Below are positions 35,722-43,515 of a stretch of 43,515 nucleotides of DNA, one piece after another (positions within the stretch are counted from its first letter, which is position 1; every line of letters starts with the position of its first letter). The translations under genes were made by a program, and so were the position numbers. Location of the stretch: contig NW_021835066.1 in NCBI RefSeq assembly GCF_006345805.1, positions 1 to 43,515 of the forward strand. The letters are read 5' to 3'. This DNA is from Octopus sinensis. Lineage: Eukaryota. The notes below the pieces were generated by a model that did not search any database, was not told the origin of the DNA, and was given only the letters and a program-made list of their open reading frames with translations.

Positions 35722-36060
35722 TATTAAGCGACTACAATCCTGCGTTGGCTGGGTCATGCTCTCCGTCGTCAACCAGGAGAATTCATCTACGAAGCAATTG
35801 CCCCAGCTCCCCTTCAGGGTTGGCGAAAGCGATGTGGTGGACAACGAAAAACCTGGCTGATGACAGTCAAGGCTGGTCTGGAACCTAACGTAGGCCTCCA
35901 TATCTACGGCGTTCGCCGCTGGAATAAGGAGTGGTCGGAGATCACGCGGTCGTTAGACTCAAATCGCCAGGACTGGTCGGCGTTTGTGAGAGATGCAGCA
36001 TTGAGGATGAATGAAGCCAGCTCAACCCACCCCGGGTGAATGCTGTCAAGTCAAGTCAAA
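35722..36060 (+). mobile_element. 5'-truncated RTE-clade LINE 3' end with (CAAGT)n tail
   Basis: 35740-36039 is open: LRWLGHALRR...GWRKRCGGQRKTWLMTVKAGLEP...NRQDWSAFVRDA...STHPG*, followed by ATGCTGTCAAGTCAAGTCAA. Confidence 0.88.
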
Positions 36061-37275
36061 TCATATTGATTCTCATTCCATTTTAGATATACACAATTAT
36101 TTTTTTTTACCACCTCTTAACCTTTCCGGGACGACACAAACTTTGCCGTAATTTTCTTTGATCTCAGATATTTATGTTCGTTATGTCAGAAGATAAAACT
36201 TCACGAAAAGGTTTCAACCCTTTTCTGAGCTGTAATTCAATGGCTGCGTGTGTGTTTAAGAAGTTCTATTCGCTACCGTATGGTTACGCGTTCAATCTCA
36301 CCGCGCGGCACTTTGATACTTAAATGTGATACTTAAAAGCATTGGTCCCTTGATATACTTTCTTATCACTTTGCTTTTTCTACTGCTACTATAATGGTTA
36401 TTTCTTCTGGAAACTGGTTAGTATGGTACCTTCTCGACTTAACTACACTTGGCTAATTCAACTCTTCTTTTTCATCATTTTTGTGTCCGTTTTAACCCTA
36501 TCAGTCTCACTACTCCAGAGAACCTGCGTTAGCTAAGGACACCACCTCTTCCACCAGACCCAATACAACAAAGCATATTAAAAAACAACAACAACACTAG
36601 CCAGTGCGAATATATATGAATCAAGCAAAAATAGATTCGGAAAATTTCCAACAAGGTTTAGATTGGCCACAACGGTTTTATCGAACATGTCACTGCTAAA
36701 ATACAAAATGCTCATATTTTCGTCCAGGCTGTGCTTCTTATTTTTCAAGTATCGTCTCTCTTCCTTTTACGAACGCTTTTAAATGACCTCCTTGTTAAAA
36801 TTTAACAAAATTAAATACTCTAGAAAAATTGCTACTGCCAGTTGGATCGCCATTAAAGGTTACTTGCGCATAACTCATTTCATCACTGTAGTGGACTATG
36901 TCAAAATGACATTGCAACGGGTAATAATACCGGATAATTTATCGGCAGAAAAATTACAAATATTATTGAAAATTAAGGCAATTAAACGATGCATCTGTTG
37001 CTCTCCAACATTTCCCACCCACTTTATTCCCCAAACCGTTACAAAATTATCCACCCCATCATAGGACAGTACCGCCTACTTTGAAAAGCACTGATTATAA
37101 TGTGGTTTTAAAGAGCATGGCCACTTTGAATTTAAAATCCCCGAATTGGCTCGTTCTTATTGCTTGTATGTCATTAGCTGGGTGAGAAACGGGTTTCGAA
37201 AATTCTAACAGAAAATTTTTGAAGTAGCAACACTTGCCGAAAAAATCTTGTATGTAAATATTTTGCGATAAAAAT

Positions 37276-37610
37276 GGTAAAGACCCTCTTCGGTCAAGAA
37301 TGACTATAGGATTGCAACTTGAGAGTCCGTCTTCCGAGGTGCAAGTCCAGGCAAGGTTCTTTATGGAAGACCAGCCGTCACCCAAGCAAACCAGCCTCCC
37401 TACTCCACGCTACCGATGTTGTCTAGAGGAAAGGCAAAGCCGACACACCTTGGTACCAGTGACGACGCAATTAATTCCTACAGTTAAGTGAACTGGAGTA
37501 CGTGAAATTAAGTGTCTTGCTCTAGAATACAACACACGGTCCGGTTCTGGAATCGAACTCACTACTTCATTATTGTGAGCCCGATGATCTAACCACTGAG
37601 CCATGCACCT
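37276..37610 (-). mobile_element. tRNA-derived SINE (same family as 40115-40437)
   Basis: Minus head GGTGCATGGCTCAGTGGTTAG..GAGTTCGATTCC. The ends match (TGACCGAAGAGGGTCTTTACC versus TGACCGAAGGGGGTCTCTACC). Confidence 0.85.
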
Positions 37611-38074
37611 TTACTTTTTCTACTATTTAGTAATATTCTCTTCTTCGTAGTGCAGAAATTACATGTACGATGTACAGTTTATATATGGATTGCTCTGTTC
37701 CGTTATGTTCTCCTTCGTTTCATGACCAATGTTGTCTTTCATAATTCCGTGTTGATAAACCAGTAAACATTGTATGGACACAATTAGACAGATACACCTC
37801 CACTCAGAATTACTAATATTCTAGCAATAAGTCCTTTTATATCTTTGCTTGCCTGAGTATCAAAATCAATAGGAAGCAGTACAAAAATGTTTTTAGGTCC
37901 TGAGTTCAAGTTTTGATGAATTTACTCGAGTCTTTCGTCCTGGGTAATTGAAAAAGCCAGAACGCCATGAAATAATGTCTTGAGGTAGGAGGTTATGTCC
38001 CCTTTCTATTAACTTTGAATTTCATTATTCTCGGATAGATAAGTCACCTTAGAAAAATATTTTTTCTACCTACC

Positions 38075-38200
38075 TCCCTACGTACGTACGTACGTACCTA
38101 TCTACCTGCCTACCTACCTACCTACCTACCTACCTACCTACCTACCTACCTACCTACCTACCTACCTACCTACCTACCTACCCACCCACCTACCTACTTA
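38075..38200. repeat. (TACG)n/(TACC)n microsatellite
   Basis: Visible directly in the sequence. Confidence 0.95.
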
Positions 38201-38307
38201 CTTATCTAACAATCTATCTCCGTGTGCGTGTGTGTGTATATATAATGTATATATATATATAATGTATATGCGTATATATATATATAATGTATATGTGTGT
38301 ATATATG

Positions 38308-38359
<52 letters not shown>

Positions 38360-38482
38360 TGTATAGGAGGGTGCATGGAAACAGACTAGCTAGTATACTT
38401 ATGCGTATGTATAAAACGATATATATATATATCAACACACACACATACACGTATTTATATATGTATATATGTATATATATAT

Positions 38483-38547
<65 letters not shown>

Positions 38548-38633
38548 TTAGAGACAAAACCACTATTTTGCAAATCAAACAAGGAAAGACTTAATCAATA
38601 CATAAAAAAATTTAATATAAAGTAAATAAATCG

Positions 38634-38677
38634 CCACTACAACTGTTTCCTGTCTTCAAATGACATTCATCAGGTGG
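38634..38677 (-). ncRNA. Minimal type I hammerhead motif (left arm)
   Basis: Exact reverse complement of 38743-38786. Confidence 0.7.
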
Positions 38678-38742
38678 ATTTCATATCTTCTATTCAATTT
38701 TAGAGACTTCATAACTTTAAAATTGAATAGAAGATATGGAAT

Positions 38743-38786
38743 CCACCTGATGAATGTCATTTGAAGACAGGAAACAGTTGTAGTGG
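38743..38786 (+). ncRNA. Minimal type I hammerhead motif (right arm)
   Basis: ccac / CUGAUGA / a tgtc atttgaa gaca g / GAAA / c agtt g / UA / gtgg. The core is complete; the first stem II position is an A.G mismatch. Confidence 0.7.
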
Positions 38787-39014
38787 CGATTTATTTACTT
38801 TATATTAAATTTTTTTTTATGTATTGATTAAGTCTTTCCTTGTTTGATTTGCAAAATAGTGGTTTTGTCTCTAATTAATATTATATAATATTTTACTATA
38901 AAATTGGATTCAATCCTAAATCTGATTTTTCCCTGTAAATTTGGATTTATTCCCTAATATTTATTATTATTATTATATATATATTATATATGCATATGTG
39001 GTGTGTTGATATAT

Positions 39015-39056
<42 letters not shown>

Positions 39057-39208
39057 GTTATATACATACGCATTACGTATACCACTTGGTCTGTCTCCAT
39101 GCTTTCCACCATATATGTATATATACGTACACCTGCGTCTACTTGATTGAACGTCTGCTTATGTATTCCTAGTAATATCATCAACAATATGCATATACAT
39201 ACATACAT

Positions 39209-39266
<58 letters not shown>

Positions 39267-39874
39267 ACATGAATATTATCGAATAAATTTGTCTACTAAA
39301 ATCTCTGGTCTCGTACCTGCCTATAGTAATAATAATAATAAAAAAATCTCAAAACCAAAAACATTTTGGTTATTAAATATAATTAAATCGTTATTGTAAC
39401 ATTTTGTGGAAAGTGAAATAATTTATATCGAATTTTCTATGTGATGGGAATAAATTAGACAAATCAAATCAAATCAATTCGATTGATTTATTAAGACTAA
39501 TCGAATTTAAACCGATTTTATAACTGCAACAACCAGGTGTTGGATTCGATGAAACTAACAAAATGATTGACAAAGCATTGTAACTATGCTGTTAACTCGA
39601 AATAAAATATATTGTTATACGTGTTGCAGGTACAGGTGGGATTAACGTCTGTCTACAGTAAATATTAACGTTTCTTTTTTATCAAAGAGAAGCTTGCTTT
39701 ACAACCACGTAGCTACGAGTTCAGTCCCTCTGCGTGACACCTTGGCCACCCAGCGACCAAGGTGCCGACTCATGTCTTGTAAGGTACCAGACTGACCTAT
39801 GTCTTGCAAGTGAATTTTATAAGGTGGAAACCATGTGAAAACCTGTTGTAACTATTAAGAACTTCCCTTAGTAG

Positions 39875-40072
39875 GTTAAGTTAAGTTAAGTTAAGTTTAT
39901 TTTTTGGCTCAAAAAGCAAAAAGCAAGGCCATGTCGGGGGACATGGAGTTATGTACAGGGAGGGTGCTCATGCAAAGAGTTCAGGCCATTTCTGGTCAAG
40001 AGAGACTTTGAACCGAGCGGTCGTCGGCATCTTCGCTATCTCGTCCGGCAGCTTATTCCACGGATTTACTGA
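39875..40072 (-). mobile_element. CR1-like LINE 3' end with (TTAAC)n tail
   Basis: VNPWNKLPDEIAKMPTTARFKVSLD matches the WNxLP...FKxxLD C-terminus of CR1/L2-group ORF2. It is followed by a short 3' UTR, AATAAA and (CTTAA)4. Confidence 0.8.
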
Positions 40073-40114
40073 CTTCCAGCAATTTTTATTCCCTTCTACA
40101 TTTTCTGTTGTAAA

Positions 40115-40437
40115 GGCGCATGGTGCAGTGGTTAGAGTGTTGGGCTCACAATCATGAGGTAGAGAGTTCGATTTCCGAACCGGGTTGTGCGTTGTGTTCT
40201 TGAGCAAGACACTTTATTTCACGTTGCTCCAGTTCACTCAGCTGTAAAAAAGAGTTGTGACGTTTCTGGTGCCAACTGTATCAGCCTTTGTCAGTGGCAT
40301 GGAGAAGGGACGCTGGTATGTTTGGGTGACTGCTGGTTTCCATAAGCAACTTTGCCCAGATTTGTGTCTCATAGGGTAACTTTCCAGGTGCAATTCCAAG
40401 GTCATTCATGACCGAAGGGGGTCTCTACCCTTTACCC
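40115..40437 (+). mobile_element. tRNA-derived SINE
   Basis: TGGTGCAGTGG A box, GAGTTCGATTTCC B box, GTTGTGTTCTTGAGCAAGACAC CORE-like segment. Homologous to 37276-37610. Confidence 0.85.
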
Positions 40438-40491
40438 AAACATTTTAATTTTTTATGTGTTGTATAAATACGTCATAAGCTGACCCAATAT

Positions 40492-41216
40492 CTGCAGAGA
40501 AGAGCACACATTCACTCTCTGCGTGCGATTAGACTCGGAAAGCTTGTGACCCAATTTGCTGGACTTCCGATGGCACGCAGGTGTCGATGAATGGTTGAAT
40601 AACTAAATCCATGCTTCTCTGCTAGTTCCTCGACAGTTACGGTGGGATTTTGCTCCACCAGAGTTTGCAGGACGTCCTCGTCGAGCTCTACAGATCTTCC
40701 AGGACGAGGCTCGTCTTCTAGGCTGTAGTTTCTGGAACCACCATTTCTTTACTACCCACAATGGGCTAAACACAGAGAGGACGAGGACAAACAAGGACAG
40801 ACAAACAGATTAAGTCGATTACATCGACACCAGTGCGTAACTGGTACTTAATTTATCAACCCCGAAAGGATGAAAGGCAAAGTCGACCTCGGCGGAATTT
40901 GAACTCAGAACGTAACGGCAGACGAAATACCACTAAGCATTTCACCGTTAACGTTTCTGCCAGCTTTGTTGCATTGTTGCTTTGTTGAACTCATAAAGCA
41001 AAATATACCGAATATGATCCTTTGTCACTTCTATTATAGCTTTGAAAAAATAATTTAAAATCGAACTGCACTCTTCAAAACTTGCACTAAGAATAAGTAC
41101 AAGGTAAAATTGCTATCTGTTTTTATAGCAAGATGATGCAGACAGTTTATCCCGTCCTCCTCTGAATTTTAGTTAATGCAATTGAAAAAAATCGCATTAT
41201 TTATGGGATGATCCAA
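40492..41216 (-). mobile_element. Mariner relic (5' terminus + N-terminal transposase), interrupted by a SINE
   Basis: Minus strand: TA+TTGGATCATCCCATAAATAATGCG terminus, then EVTKDHIRYILLYEFNK near 41030-40980. After the SINE come WFQK, NYSLEDEPRPGRSVELDEDVLQTLVEQNPTVTVEELAEK..STIHRHLRAIG and HKLSESNRTQRVNVCSSL, with frameshifts. Confidence 0.85.
40743..40965 (-). mobile_element. SINE family A monomer, tail Y, nested in the mariner relic
   Basis: Reverse complement of the 24336-24556 type sequence. Confidence 0.9.
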
Positions 41217-41329
41217 TATGTATGTATGTGTGTGTGGCTGTGCACATCCGTGTGTGTACATGTGTGTGTGTGTTTACATGTATCTATGTGTTTGAACATG
41301 TGTGCTTGTATCATTGTTATCCTTACGAT

Positions 41330-41510
41330 CATCATCATCGTCTAGAAACATTCGCATCAAGTTTATCATCAACAATTCCGGCATCATGTAATAGTTGGTG
41401 TATCTATTATATCATCACCATGGTCATCATCATCATCATCATCGTCATCATCATCATCATCATCATCATCATCGTCATCACTGTCATCATCATCATCATC
41501 ATCATCATCG

Positions 41511-41542
<32 letters not shown>

Positions 41543-41552
41543 GTCATCACTG

Positions 41553-41602
<50 letters not shown>

Positions 41603-41745
41603 TACGTAAATGTCATCGATATCATCATCGTCGTCATCGGCATTCATCATCGTTATCCTGACCAACAATAACAACAACAATAGCAACAACAAGAACAGCA
41701 GCAGCAACAACAACAACAGCAGCAACCACCACCACAACACCAACA
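41330..41745. repeat. (CAT)n/(CAA)n compound repeat related to 27680-27890
   Basis: Shared anchors GAAACATTCGCATC, CAATTCC.GCATCATGTAATAGTTG and AATGTCATCGATATCATCATC. Confidence 0.85.
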
Positions 41746-42147
41746 GCTCTATCGAAAGTATTCTATCAATAAATTTACTAGACAAGAAAGAATTTAAAAG
41801 TCTTATGCATTAGTGTTGATATCAACTGTCAGTGACTTCACAAAAAGTAATTTATGTATGAAGCATAGTTTGCTAAAAGTGCATCTGAACGAAGGAACTA
41901 CTTGAAACATAGGGTATGAGCTGATTGTTACTGAGCTGGAACTAGATAAAAGCAGTTCAAAGCAAACCGATATTAAGTTTTCGCATTAATAAATTCACAA
42001 AACATCCATGGAGATAAATATATAGAAATGATAGAAAGAAAGAAAACCATTCGCCATGCACGCGATGCGGAATACATACTAATAATTTTAATTTTTGTCC
42101 GATCGCTGTATGGCGGAGAAGATAAAGGAAGAAACTGAGACCATACC

Positions 42148-42340
42148 ACCCATCCATCCATCCATCCATCCATCCACTCACCCACCCATCCATCCATCCA
42201 TCCATCCATGCATCCATCCATTCATCCATACATCCATCCATCCTCCCTCCCTCCCTCCATCCCTCCATCCATCCATCTTTCCATCCCTCCATCCCTCCAT
42301 CTCTCCCTCCCTTCCTCCATCCATCCATCCATCCATCCAG
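42148..42340. repeat. (CCAT)n/(CCCT)n microsatellite
   Basis: Visible directly in the sequence. Confidence 0.95.
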
Positions 42341-42839
42341 TCAGCCAGTCAGCCAGTCTTCTTTTCGCACTTTTCGCGCCGACCACTCCTGAGAAGGCTG
42401 TGGAGGACAGAGTACTTTGGCTCGCTGTCCATTGGGTTCTTTCAAAAGTAACCGTCATTATACTTTCCGGTTGAATTCCTCAAGCGTGACCAGATGAGAC
42501 TACAGATATTATCCAACCATTTCATTCTCAGTCTATCTCCGGTTTGACTCGGCCTTGTGATTCTTTCCTACGTCATTCTAATCGCATGTCTGTATTATTG
42601 GAGATGTGATTTCTGAATGGGGGCAGAGATTTCCTCCAGAGATATTCTCTAATTGTTTCCTTCTTGGTCTACCTTTAGCTCTCTTGTTGGCTGGGTCCAC
42701 TCGAAGAAATCAAACCATCAGAAATAAAAGGCAGTGGAAGAATGATGCAAGAACATAAACGTATAATATATAAAAAAGTGGCACCAATATCGGAAAACTG
42801 TTTTCTGATAAGAAGAATGGATCTAAATACGTATAAAGA

Positions 42840-42995
42840 TGGCAAGCTGGCAGAATCGTTAGCATATTGGGTAGAACACCTAGCGCTATTTCGCCTGTCG
42901 TTACGACCGGGGTTCAAGTTCCATCTAGGTCGACAATGCTTTTAAATGGCGGTGCCCCAGCATGGCCACAGCTTGTGAGCTGAAACTAGATAAAA
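42840..42995 (+). mobile_element. Degenerate SINE A head followed by a SINE B tail
   Basis: GGCAAGCTGGCAGAATCGTTAGCA..GGTTCAAGTTCC..GGTCGAC, then GGCGGTGCCCCAGCATGGCCACAG..CTGAAAC. Confidence 0.6.
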
Positions 42996-43301
42996 ACAAA
43001 TCATCACGTAGTGTTTTTTGTGTTCTGCTTGCTCGTTCTTGAGAGAGAGGTAGGGCTAATGGTTCTCGTAGGCTCACCTAAACCAGAGAGTTTGGGACCA
43101 TTAATGCTCTTCTTGAGCTTTGTAAATCATATTTCTAGCAGGCAATATTTGAACACACAAAGGATATTACTAGAGGGAAGACACTTTGGAAAGGAAGGAC
43201 TGGGTGTAAGAATTTGCAGATTTGGGGCAACAAAGGTATGGAGAGGGAAAGACGAAATGGTCGAGGATGACCAAGAGGTGGAGACAGAAGCAATACAGAA
43301 A

Positions 43302-43302
43302 C

Positions 43303-43390
<88 letters not shown>

Positions 43391-43515
43391 CCTACCTACC
43401 TACCTACCTACCTATCTATCTATCTGTCTATCTATCTATCTATCTATCTCTATCTACCTACCTACCTACCTACCTACCTATCTATCTGTCTATCTATCTA
43501 TCTATCTATCTATCT
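43302..43515. repeat. (TATC)n/(TACC)n microsatellite
   Basis: Visible directly; runs to the window end. Confidence 0.95.

Larger units (their letters stand above)
38541..38881. mobile_element. Near-perfect ~162-bp-arm inverted repeat (PLE pseudo-LTR-like fold-back) in (TA)n
   Basis: Arms 38541-38702 and 38718-38881 with 15-nt spacer GAGACTTCATAACTT. They differ by about one substitution and the length of one A/T run. Confidence 0.9.

Noticed and set aside
40115-40185. tRNA-like heads (also 4078, 15408, 26876, 37540) as tRNA genes
   Set aside because: They have A/B boxes but no complete cloverleaf or acceptor stem, and they continue into SINE bodies.
42380-42700. Short RTE-like peptides (AVEDRVLW on +; MKWLDNI and KGRPRRK on -)
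   Set aside because: Fragmentary, on both strands and not co-linear, so too weak to call without a search.

Overview
AT-rich, microsatellite-saturated eukaryotic non-coding DNA. It is most likely a coleoid cephalopod (octopus-like); this is inferred only from my recognition of the SINE families and the repeat density. No intact host gene is supportable, and almost all listed ORFs are translations of simple repeats. The window is mostly mobile-element remains: three or more tRNA-derived SINE families (including 184-bp head-to-tail concatemers), 5'-truncated RTE, CR1-like and L1/Tx1 LINE pieces, two mariner relics, and a Penelope-like (PLE) fragment with a GIY-YIG endonuclease. The most notable signal is a set of minimal type I hammerhead ribozyme (HHR) motifs from several unrelated short repeat families, mostly next to (TA)n tracts and often in fold-back arrangement. 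One family has a swapped G3:C8 core (GUGAACA). At 14634-15082 it appears as a target-site-duplication (TSD)-flanked, permuted ~260-nt unit consistent with a tandem or circular retrozyme-like RNA. All alignments and folds were done by eye.
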